Shown one piece after another: positions 8,956 to 17,882 of a stretch of 21,065 bases of DNA. The DNA lies in IMG/VR virus record IMGVR_UViG_2718218228_000013. The stretch is one strand, 5' to 3'. The notes beneath the pieces were generated by a model. It saw nothing but the letters and a program-made list of their open reading frames with translations, did not search any database and was not told the DNA's origin. Positions within the stretch are counted from its first letter, which is position 1. Each line of letters opens with the position of its first letter. Position numbers and translations under genes: made by a program. This DNA comes from a virus (taxonomy: Duplodnaviria; Heunggongvirae; Uroviricota; Caudoviricetes).

Positions 8956-9545
8956 TAAAAGATTGTCTTTATATTCATAAAGTGATTCAAGAGATGAATG
9001 TATTGTTTTATATTTTTATCTTCTAACGTCTTAAAATCACTTTTTTCTGATTGATAAATTTCATTAACATCATTTTTTCTTAACATAATTAATTCATGTT
9101 CGCGAACATTAGATCCGATTGATTCAATTAATCCTTTCAGCTGGCTTTTGATTTTCAATTTTTCTGCATTACACGACAAAAAACAATCATCATATGATAT
9201 TTCATTTTCTTTTTTTTGCGGTGTATTACAGAACTCACAATAAATATCTGCAAAATTATTTAAATAGAAATTCGCCTGTGATACAACATCTATTCTTTGT
9301 AGATCTATAAAGTATTGGTCTTTAAGAAGACTAAATCTTTCAATGAGTAATGATAAGTATTTTTCCCTGTCACTGATTGAATATAATTCATCACTTAACT
9401 CTTTTAATAATTGCTTCTTATCATCAAGTGCATCAACAATACCTTTCAATATATCTTTCGATGATTCAATATCTTGCTCTACTTTCTCAAGTTCTCTTGA
9501 AACAATGACTTGATCATATTCAGGATAAATTAATTGCGCTTTCAA
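8955..9545 (-). CDS. Coiled-coil segment with central CxxC (CEFC), hotspot cassette gene 5
   Basis: 196-aa K/E/L-rich heptad-like sequence; same frame as the upstream Walker A ORF, separated only by one TAA (9576-9578). Confidence 0.5.
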   Translation of the reverse strand: MKAQLIYPEYDQVIVSRELEKVEQDIESSKDILKGIVDALDDKKQLLKELSDELYSISDREKYLSLLIERFSLLKDQYFIDLQRIDVVSQANFYLNNFADIYCEFCNTPQKKENEISYDDCFLSCNAEKLKIKSQLKGLIESIGSNVREHELIMLRKNDVNEIYQSEKSDFKTLEDKNIKQYIHLLNHFMNIKTIF

Positions 9546-9575
9546 TTCCTCATAAATATTTGCAATTTGATTTTT

Positions 9576-10226
9576 TTAAAAATATCTTGCTTTTTTATTT
9601 GGTTTTTCTGCTAAGGAGTTAGTATCATCTCTCTGAGTTAAAAGGAATTTAAATTCAGACTTTCTTTTTGTCTCCTCGCTAGGAATATCAGAAAGAATTA
9701 ACGACTTCTCAGTTAACACTCTTAATTCATCAATACAAAAAAATTCAAAAACATTATTAAGATTAAATTTATGAAGAGTATTACTTAAGTTTGTTCTTAC
9801 TTTAGCCTCTTTGAAATTCAACCTACCATAAAAGTATGATGAAAAACTCTTTTTAGACGAAGCACTTTTGGAAAAAACCATCAACAGATTAGCTTCACTA
9901 ACATTTTCAATGCTCGAATCATATAATCTGTAATGGGCGCTATCCTGAAGAGACCTCTCAATTGTCATTACCCTACCTTGAAAATTAAATTCCAGATAGG
10001 CTAAATCATAACCTTGAGCATGATCGATATCTTTATTTTTTAGTTTTTCACTCCCTAATAAATATCGAATCAAATAATATATGTATGTTTTTCCAGAGTC
10101 AGAACCACCATATAAAATAGTCAATTTAGAACCAAATTCAATTATAGCATCTAATTTATTGAATCCGGTTACCTTTATTTTTCTGAACGTAAAAAAATTG
10201 TCATTCATAATTAAATTCCATATCAT
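9576..10226 (-). CDS. ABC/SMC-like ATPase N-terminal lobe (Walker A GGSDSGKT), hotspot cassette gene 4
   Basis: LTILYGGSDSGKTYI P-loop in a RecF/SMC-like N-terminal context; ORF opens at TTG 10235, ATG starts at 10226 or 10208; ends at in-frame TAA. Confidence 0.6.
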   Translation of the reverse strand: MIWNLIMNDNFFTFRKIKVTGFNKLDAIIEFGSKLTILYGGSDSGKTYIYYLIRYLLGSEKLKNKDIDHAQGYDLAYLEFNFQGRVMTIERSLQDSAHYRLYDSSIENVSEANLLMVFSKSASSKKSFSSYFYGRLNFKEAKVRTNLSNTLHKFNLNNVFEFFCIDELRVLTEKSLILSDIPSEETKRKSEFKFLLTQRDDTNSLAEKPNKKARYF

Positions 10227-10659
10227 ATTTGCCAATTTTATTTTTTATAATTGATTGCAACTGCTCATCAGGAATATCACTATATAACTTAACCACCAAA
10301 TTTATATTATGCTCCATCTGCGCAACATATTCATTATGTAGAGAATTTGTAAATGCATATGTTTTTTCAGAAGCTTTATATACAAAACCACGATGTGTAT
10401 AAATTTTTGAGGCTAGTTCATAGCCTTGCAACAAAGCCAATGATTCTAAAACAATCTCTCGTTTTAGGGCTAACTGAGCATCTCTACGGGGTATTGGAGG
10501 ATGAAGACTAATCTCTTCAGGTAAAAAATCCTTAAGATTTACTAAAATAAAATCAAAACAAATAAGCCGTTCAAGGCTTAATGAAGAAGGATAAATAGCG
10601 ACGAGCACTTTCGCCATTCGACATGCCACTTCTAAACTTGAATTATAAATTCTAACCAT
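10201..10659 (-). CDS. Hypothetical small protein (about 152 aa), hotspot cassette gene 3
   Basis: ATG at 10659 overlaps upstream stop as TAATG; GGTGA 4 nt upstream; stop overlaps start region of gene 4. No motif recognised. Confidence 0.5.
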   Translation of the reverse strand: MVRIYNSSLEVACRMAKVLVAIYPSSLSLERLICFDFILVNLKDFLPEEISLHPPIPRRDAQLALKREIVLESLALLQGYELASKIYTHRGFVYKASEKTYAFTNSLHNEYVAQMEHNINLVVKLYSDIPDEQLQSIIKNKIGKYDMEFNYE

Positions 10660-11276
10660 TATCTCACCGTCCAAATTACTTCACCATCATTAACCAAATG
10701 ATGGCATATTCCTTTTTTATCATTTGCTTCACATATTTTTGATAGTACTGAATGTGCAATTGGTGTCAGAACAGCCTGCTTCAAGACTGCATTACACCTA
10801 ATAAATGCATAATTATGGTCTTCATAAAAGACGGGTTCAATTGAAGATGAAATGTAACATTTCAATGCTTTGAATACATCATCTTTAAATACTTCGCGGA
10901 CAAAAACCTCAAGCGAAGATGCAAAATAAAAATCATTTCTACTATTATTAAAGTGTCGTCTGTATGGATCATCAAGCTCTAAGAAAGAACTATAAGTTTT
11001 ATTTCCATGCTCTGAATAGGCTTGAAGCAGTGCATTAACATATACAGACTCTTTTTTTGAATTGTATGTTGGAATTTCATTTGGAGGGATTCTCACGACA
11101 TACAGCTCGTTAAAGTACTTAAAATAAAGGTGTGTATTTGCAATATCATTTAAAATCAATGATAAGGGTAGAGAGTAAAAAATACTAAAATCAAAATCCT
11201 CAATATATTTTTTTATTTCATCATCTAATGGAATATCAATCTTTTTAGTTATTTTTTTGAAATTGCTGAATCCCAT
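10659..11276 (-). CDS. Hypothetical protein (205 aa), hotspot cassette gene 2; possibly C-terminal part of a frameshifted gene 1-2 fusion
   Basis: AT-rich ORF with one candidate start; overlaps gene 1 by 28 nt across an A7 tract where a 1-nt indel would fuse the frames. Confidence 0.5.
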   Translation of the reverse strand: MGFSNFKKITKKIDIPLDDEIKKYIEDFDFSIFYSLPLSLILNDIANTHLYFKYFNELYVVRIPPNEIPTYNSKKESVYVNALLQAYSEHGNKTYSSFLELDDPYRRHFNNSRNDFYFASSLEVFVREVFKDDVFKALKCYISSSIEPVFYEDHNYAFIRCNAVLKQAVLTPIAHSVLSKICEANDKKGICHHLVNDGEVIWTVR

Positions 11277-11665
11277 GAATCAAGGACTGCTTTTTTAAGC
11301 TCGTTTTTATTTTTCAATAAATTAGAAAATGTAGTAGATAAATCATAGGGTGCCACAAAAAAGTACTTCTGAGGGATGGGATAATCACCATTCAGAGTAA
11401 AATAGATAAGTTTTCCAAACTCAACTACAACATCAGAGAACCCTAAACTTTTTTTGTACAGTTTGCATTGATAATTATCCCAAGAATAACCTTCTACGTT
11501 AGGATCCGATTTATATCCAACAACGTCTCTACCTTTATCTCCAGCTCCTCCCAAACGTTCGCTCCACGGGTAATCATCTGATTTACAGACAATAAGCCAA
11601 TCATGGACAAATACCCCCCATTGTTCATCATCCCATGTCAATATTTCCGAAAGTGGTTGAGACAC
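11249..11665 (-). CDS. Mrr-type PD-(D/E)xK restriction-endonuclease-like domain protein (138 aa), hotspot cassette gene 1
   Basis: GGAGDKGRDVVGY ... YQCKLYKK matches the Mrr catalytic pattern; GTG start with AAGGAG 7 nt upstream, 3 nt after the int stop. Confidence 0.55.
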   Translation of the reverse strand: MSQPLSEILTWDDEQWGVFVHDWLIVCKSDDYPWSERLGGAGDKGRDVVGYKSDPNVEGYSWDNYQCKLYKKSLGFSDVVVEFGKLIYFTLNGDYPIPQKYFFVAPYDLSTTFSNLLKNKNELKKAVLDSWDSAISKK

Positions 11666-11668
11666 AAA

Positions 11669-12850
11669 TTAACTCCTTTTTAGTCTTTCAAATATCAAAT
11701 TACTGTACCAGTCCATCATAGACTTCCTTCCACTAAAATATTGAGCATGGTTATAAGTCCCCCTAATAGAATTTTTATCTACATGAGCCAACTGGATTTC
11801 AATCCAAGCACTCTCAAAACCTTGCTCATGCAGGATTGTAGAAAGGGTATGACGAAAACCATGTCCAGTGACTTTTCCTCCATACCCAATACGCTTAATG
11901 GCTTGATTTATACTCGCTTCGCTCATTGGCCTATTCGGATCGTTCCGCCCTGGAAAAACATAACGATAGTTCCCTGTCATGATCTTGAGTTCATTGAGTA
12001 AATCTACCGCTTGAGATGATAAGGGCACAAGATGTGGCCTACGCATTTTCATCCTTTCAGCAGGAATTTCCCAAATAGCGTTATCCAGATCAAATTCTTG
12101 CCATAATGCCGCGCGTAATTCGATGGTTCTCACACCCGTAATCATCAGTAATTTCGTGGCTATCTGGACAAGCTTACTCCCGGAGTAACCCTCTAAGGCA
12201 CGTAGAAAATCAGGTATCTCATCAGCTTTTAGGAATGGGAAATGATTGGATTGGTGTACTTCGAGAGCGCTGGAGAGATCAGCCGCAGGATTGTACTCCG
12301 CCCTACCCGTTGCAATTGCGTAGCGAAACACTTCGGAGCAACGCTGCCGCACTTTGCGCATTTTCTCCAACGCACCACGTTTCTCAATTTTACGCAGAAC
12401 GTTCAGCAGCTCTAGCGGTTTAATCTCTCCCACAGGCCTTGTTCCGACATAAGGAAAAATGTCGTTCTTAAACGCTTCCATGATGTCTGATGCATATCCC
12501 GCCGACCATTTAGCAGATTTAAGTTGATGCCACTCTCTGGCTATCTTTTCGAAGGCGTTCTCTGACTCTGTTTGCATAGCTAGCTTTTGCTCTTTTCGAA
12601 CCTCACTAGGGTTCTTTCCTTCTGCCACAAGTTTTCGAGCTTCATCACGACGGGAACGAGCATCGGCAAGGGTGATCGTTGGGTAAACACCAAGCGAGAT
12701 CATTTTGGGTTTGCCGGCATAGCGATAGCGGAACCGCCAACTCTTGCTTCCATTAGGTTCTATAAGTAATGACAACCCTAGCCCATCTCCAAATGTATAG
12801 GCTTTAGCTTCAGGCTTAGCGCGGCGAATCTGCATATCGTTTAAAGGCAT
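11669..12850 (-). CDS. int: P4-type tyrosine integrase
   Basis: MPLNDMQIRRAKPEAKAYTFGDGLGL N-terminus and C-terminal HGFRHT...Y catalytic region; start placed at ATG 12850 (ORF opens at 12901). Confidence 0.92.
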   Translation of the reverse strand: MPLNDMQIRRAKPEAKAYTFGDGLGLSLLIEPNGSKSWRFRYRYAGKPKMISLGVYPTITLADARSRRDEARKLVAEGKNPSEVRKEQKLAMQTESENAFEKIAREWHQLKSAKWSAGYASDIMEAFKNDIFPYVGTRPVGEIKPLELLNVLRKIEKRGALEKMRKVRQRCSEVFRYAIATGRAEYNPAADLSSALEVHQSNHFPFLKADEIPDFLRALEGYSGSKLVQIATKLLMITGVRTIELRAALWQEFDLDNAIWEIPAERMKMRRPHLVPLSSQAVDLLNELKIMTGNYRYVFPGRNDPNRPMSEASINQAIKRIGYGGKVTGHGFRHTLSTILHEQGFESAWIEIQLAHVDKNSIRGTYNHAQYFSGRKSMMDWYSNLIFERLKRS

Positions 12851-12900
12851 GTGTATAGGAATCCAGACCGAACAGGAACATATACACAATCCTATACACA
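12850..12900. promoter_or_regulatory. Perfect 11-bp inverted repeat (TGTGTATAGGA / TCCTATACACA) bracketing the int translation start region
   Basis: Arms at 12850-12860 and 12890-12900 separated by 29 bp, immediately upstream of and overlapping the int ATG. Confidence 0.4.
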
Positions 12901-13012
12901 TTCAGTACCGGATTCTACTGGATGGTTACGGACTACTATGGACTTAAAAGAATAAAAAATGTTATAAATCAGAGATTTTATGGACTAATACGGACGTTTG
13001 AGGAAGTTGAGA

Positions 13013-13058
13013 TGGTGCCGATAATAGGAGTCGAACCTACGACCTTCGCATTACGAAT
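13013..13058 (-). other. 46-nt 3' fragment of a tRNA-Thr(CGU) gene (anticodon loop to CCA), right att copy of the P4-like element
   Basis: Reverse complement ATTCGTAATGCGAAGGTCGTAGGTTCGACTCCTATTATCGGCACCA matches the 3' part of enterobacterial tRNA-Thr(CGU) as recalled; no complementary 5' acceptor strand, so not an intact tRNA. Confidence 0.75.
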
Positions 13059-13405
13059 TATAAGAATCCGCTTCTAATTCAAAGCATTACCCCATCAACA
13101 CTGCGCTCACACGTCCCACCACATCAAAACATGTAAAGCCTTGCAAGCCATTGCGAGGCCTTATGTGTCTCAGTTTTGTCCCACCTTGTATTACGACTTG
13201 CATAGCCAATGAAGATAAACGTGACGACAAACGGCGCAGCAGTCTTCTTTTCTTTCACGACTTCTCCAGCATGCATACCTTTCTGCCATGACTGAAGTGA
13301 ATGCCTGTTATGAGCAAGGATTGGCCCAGATGAATCGCCCTGGACTGTTGCGATCGTGAAGCCATAGACTGGGCCGCAAGCACGGGAGGTTACGATAAAG
13401 CGACA

Positions 13406-13771
13406 GTGCAGGATGTCATGTTAGGAGCGATAGAAAAACGCTTTGGCGATAAAGTACCGGAACAGTCCATCCAGTGGCTGACAGATAACGGTTCAGCGTA
13501 TAGAGCGCATGAAACACGGCAGTTCGCCAGAGAGTTGAATCTGGAGCCCTGCACAACGGCAATCAGCAGTCCTCAGAGTAATGGAATTGCAGAAAGGTTC
13601 GTGAAAACGATGAAGGAAGACTACATCGCGTTCATGCCGAAACCGAATGTAAGAACGGCATTGCATAATCTTGCAGTGGCGATCGAACATTACAATGAAA
13701 ACCATCCGCACAGTGCGTTGGGTTATCGCTCTCCGCGAGAATATCGACGTCAGCGGGTAACGTTAACTTAA
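13406..13771 (+). pseudogene. IS2-like (IS3 family) transposase OrfB C-terminal fragment; IS remnant about 13130-13810
   Basis: [11 protein letters not shown]...[16 protein letters not shown]...[14 protein letters not shown] is the DDE-core C-terminus typical of IS2 OrfB; no upstream OrfA or N-terminal OrfB in frame. Confidence 0.7.
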
Positions 13772-13812
13772 GATACCCCCCCTGTCTGGAAATAAGGGGG
13801 CAAGAACAATGA

Positions 13813-14556
13813 TCAGATTCCCTGGTGAGTAAGAATTTTACTTTCTGAACTCCTCTGAGAGTATTGACTTGGAGAAACACCAAAATAACGTCTAAATACA
13901 TAAGTAAAGTATGAGACACTGGCATAACCACAGACCTTAGCTACTTTACTAATAGGATAACAACGAGTGCTGAGTAAATATTCAGCCATTTGCATCCTCT
14001 CATCAAGTATGATCTTACTGAATGATACCCCCTCTTCTTTCAATTTCCTCTTTAGTAAACTTTCGCTGAGATATAATCTTGATGATATATCCTTAAGACG
14101 CCATGGTGCAGATAAATCCGTATGAATAATCGTTTTAACTTTAGCCCCTGTGCTTTTCAAACATCCAAACAGAAATACTCCAAATTGTTTTTCAGAAGAA
14201 AATGCAGAGAGACATGTAAAAGCAATAGACTCATCAAAAATTTCTATGTATTCAGCACAGTGATTAGCCCAACTAATTAATCCTTTAATTAAACTGAAGT
14301 CAGCAAAGTTTATTTTTAAATAAGATGGATATTCCCTACAATCAGAAATATCCCTTAAGTTATTAGCTTTCAAATAGCGACTAATAAACTCAGCGCCAAA
14401 ATCCGCCACTATCACTCTTTCAGGATATGTCAGGAAAAAATCTCTAGAGCTAGAGTCGACAAGTACAGATGAACCTCTCTCCAGAAACACACTCTCTTTT
14501 CCGAAATAAACATCAAAGGACTCCAAAATCAATATAACTGAACATGTAGTTGCCAT
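13813..14556 (-). CDS. AraC-family transcriptional regulator (AppY/EnvY-like)
   Basis: C-terminal AraC-type HTH (LKDISSRLYLSESLLKRKL...YFTYVFRRYFGVSPSQY); AT-rich. Confidence 0.8.
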   Translation of the reverse strand: MATTCSVILILESFDVYFGKESVFLERGSSVLVDSSSRDFFLTYPERVIVADFGAEFISRYLKANNLRDISDCREYPSYLKINFADFSLIKGLISWANHCAEYIEIFDESIAFTCLSAFSSEKQFGVFLFGCLKSTGAKVKTIIHTDLSAPWRLKDISSRLYLSESLLKRKLKEEGVSFSKIILDERMQMAEYLLSTRCYPISKVAKVCGYASVSYFTYVFRRYFGVSPSQYSQRSSESKILTHQGI

Positions 14557-15138
14557 ATCATCCCCCCAATTTAACTGAAACCAGGATGAAGTATATGTAT
14601 ATAAAGTTCACTTTGCCAAACTTCAGTATAAAAAACCACTAAAAATAGGGTGTGATAAAAAATACCGTAACAATAAAGCAAAGGATTATAAATTCCGTTA
14701 CAGTTACAAATGATACTCAAGAAACAATTCCTTAGGAAAAACTTATTTACAGCCAATAAGTAAGACACTTATATGATATCAAGTTTTCATAAAACATAAC
14801 TAGGCTAAATAGCTGCGCCTAATACCGCTACACTTTTGCCAGCCCATGTTTGCCTCCGGGTATTGACCCCTTCTCTACGCAACTTCAGTTCCCACCACCA
14901 ACTTTGCGGCAGCTTTGTAGGATCAATGTCTAAAAGAATAATGGTGACCGATAAGAAAACGACTGAATAACTGCAGATTTTCGCTCAAAACCTTCCTGTC
15001 AGATCCATAGCGAATCAAGTGCTGAATGTCACAGTATCGAACAGAAAACAGTGACGATCTAACCCTTCAAGAATATTCTACGATTGTTCTGTTTAGGAAA
15101 AGCAAGACGGGAAGTCGGGAGATAAGTCATTGATAAAG

Positions 15139-15200
15139 TGGCGGAGAGAGGGGGATTTGAACCCCCGGTAGAGTTGCCCCTACTCCGGTTTTCGAGACCG
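15139..15200 (-). other. 62-nt 3' fragment of a tRNA-Ser(CGA) gene (serU-like), probable att remnant of the prophage remnant
   Basis: Reverse complement CGGTCTCGAAAACCGGAGTAGGGGCAACTCTACCGGGGGTTCAAATCCCCCTCTCTCCGCCA matches the 3' two-thirds of E. coli serU as recalled; 5' part absent. Confidence 0.7.
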
Positions 15201-15283
15201 ACCCGATCATCAAACGAAACATAAAATTAGCTCACATTATGAGGAAAGGTATCTTTTTGCGCTATGTAAATTCAAAGGGTTAG

Positions 15284-16153
<870 letters not shown>

Positions 16154-16210
16154 ATCTTCAAGTGGTAAGCATAAACCGCAGCACGATCTTGCATACGACG
16201 TGCTACGGTT

Positions 16211-16765
16211 TCATTTATCTCCGGCCGGAAACTTCTTATACAGTGTCGATACACCAACATCATAGATGATCGCTACCTTCTGGCGAGGAATTCCTGCTGC
16301 AATTAATCGTCCGGCCTGCGCCCATTGTTCTGGTGTAAGTTTGGGACGACGTCCACCAATTCGTCCCTGTGCGCGAGCAGCTTCCAGTCCAGCTTTTGTT
16401 CGTTCAACAATCAGTTCTCGTTCCATTTCAGCCAGGGCCCCCATCACATGAAAGAAAAAGCGCCCCATTGGGGTACTGGTATCAATAGCATCCGTCAGGC
16501 TGCGAAAATTAACGCCACGTTCGCGCAACTCCTCAACCAGAATGACCAGATGCCGCATACTGCGCCCCAGCCGATCCAGTTTCCAGACAACCAGAGTGTC
16601 ACCTGCCGATAATGTCCTGAGCAGTTTTTTCAGTCCCGGCCTTTCGGACTTTGTACCGCTTATCTTGTCTTCAAAAATCAGCTCGCATCCTGCACAGTTC
16701 AGCGCATTACGTTGTAGATCTGTGTTCTGGTCATTTGTTGACACACGTACATAGCCAATAAGCAT
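16211..16765 (-). CDS. pin: Pin/Hin/Gin-family serine DNA invertase
   Basis: MLIGYVRVSTNDQNTDLQRNAL, the near-invariant N-terminus of Hin-family invertases, with C-terminal HTH; 184 aa from ATG 16765. Confidence 0.93.
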   Translation of the reverse strand: MLIGYVRVSTNDQNTDLQRNALNCAGCELIFEDKISGTKSERPGLKKLLRTLSAGDTLVVWKLDRLGRSMRHLVILVEELRERGVNFRSLTDAIDTSTPMGRFFFHVMGALAEMERELIVERTKAGLEAARAQGRIGGRRPKLTPEQWAQAGRLIAAGIPRQKVAIIYDVGVSTLYKKFPAGDK

Positions 16766-16791
16766 GGTAGATCTCCCTGACAAAAGCAGGA

Positions 16792-17289
16792 ATGATGCCA
16801 TTTGCTCGTTATTTCTGCATTTTCATAAACGTTGGTTTGGGAGAAGGTGCTCCAGCTATTGGCGTTCCGTTCTTCTGGCCGTCCGCTGCAATGCCAAATA
16901 CTGTAATCGACAGCTGGTCCTGTATGGTGTTTTTGAAGTTCAACGGCGCGAAATTCTCTGCCACTGATTATCCTGTGCTGGCGAAAGTGTTTCCTTCGCT
17001 GGTATTACCTGAAGCCCGCGGTGATTTCATTCGTATCTGGGATGACGGGCGAGGTGCAGACGGTGGTCGCGAATTATTAAGCTGGCAGGCAGCTACAAAC
17101 TTTTCTCAGTTTGCCGGGAATATAGGCGAAGGTGCGGGACACGCAATTAACTTTCATGATGGCATCGCCGGAAATCAGCCAGGATTTTCACGATTTAATT
17201 TCACCAGTAACTCTGTGGGTGATGGTGTGAATTTTGTTGCAGTCAGACCGCGAAATATTGCATTTAACTTTCTGGTGAGGGCTAAATAA
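16792..17289 (+). CDS. Tail fibre C-terminal variable segment (silent/partial cassette)
   Basis: Collar-like C-terminal sequence (FSATDYPVLAKVFPSLVLPEARGDFIRIWDDGRG); begins inside the crossover site with no constant N-terminal part. Confidence 0.55.
   Translation: MMPFARYFCIFINVGLGEGAPAIGVPFFWPSAAMPNTVIDSWSCMVFLKFNGAKFSATDYPVLAKVFPSLVLPEARGDFIRIWDDGRGADGGRELLSWQAATNFSQFAGNIGEGAGHAINFHDGIAGNQPGFSRFNFTSNSVGDGVNFVAVRPRNIAFNFLVRAK
16820..16845. promoter_or_regulatory. Candidate Hin-family recombination crossover site
   Basis: TTTTCATAAACG-TT-GGTTTGGGAGAA: two inverted 12-bp half-sites fitting TTnTCnnAAAC / GTTTnnGAnAA, inside the 5' end of the tail-fibre ORF. Confidence 0.45.
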
Positions 17290-17882
17290 TGAAACCTGTT
17301 TTTGATGAAAATGGGCTGGCTACAGTGCCGGGCGATATGCGTTGTTTTTATTATGATGCTGAAACATCTGAGTATACGGGCTGGTCTGATGAATATATTA
17401 ATACTGGCGTAAGTATGCCCGCCTGTTCCACTGGTATTGACCCTGGCGAAAACATTCCGGGAAGAGTGGCAGTATTTACAGGTAAGGGATGGAGCCATGA
17501 AGAAGACCATCGCAATGAGACTGTTTACTCAATCGAAAATGGCGCAGCTGTTACAGTGGATTATATCGGTGCCATCAAAGACGGTTATGTCACGATTTCA
17601 CCGTTAACGCCATACGATAAATGGGATGGTGAGAAATGGGTGACAGACACTGAGGCACAACACAGTGCCGCAGTAGACGCGGCAGAAGCACAGCGCCAAT
17701 CACTGATTGATGCAGCAATGGCTTCCATTAGTCTGATTCAGCTGAAGTTACAGGCCGGACGGAAACTGACTCAGGCAGAAACAACCCGACTTAACGCCGT
17801 GCTGGATTACATTGACGCGGTGACGGCAACAGATACCAGCACCGCGCCGGATGTCATCTGGCCTGAACTGCCGGAGGCGTAG
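17289..17882 (+). CDS. tfa: Tail fibre assembly protein (Tfa)
   Basis: Typical Tfa C-terminus (LDYIDAVTATDTSTAPDVIWPELPEA); start overlaps the upstream fibre ORF stop. Confidence 0.8.
   Translation: MKPVFDENGLATVPGDMRCFYYDAETSEYTGWSDEYINTGVSMPACSTGIDPGENIPGRVAVFTGKGWSHEEDHRNETVYSIENGAAVTVDYIGAIKDGYVTISPLTPYDKWDGEKWVTDTEAQHSAAVDAAEAQRQSLIDAAMASISLIQLKLQAGRKLTQAETTRLNAVLDYIDAVTATDTSTAPDVIWPELPEA

Noticed and set aside
13013-13090. Possible intact tRNA-Thr gene next to int
   Set aside because: Only the 3' 46 nt match. The upstream sequence has no strand complementary to the acceptor stem (no GCCGATA), so no cloverleaf can form.
15139-15230. Possible intact tRNA-Ser gene
   Set aside because: Only the 3' 62 nt are present; the sequence where the 5' acceptor and D arm should be is unrelated.
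16266-16754. Plus-strand ORFs (61, 95, 70 aa) overlapping the pin gene
   Set aside because: Antisense to a highly conserved invertase CDS.
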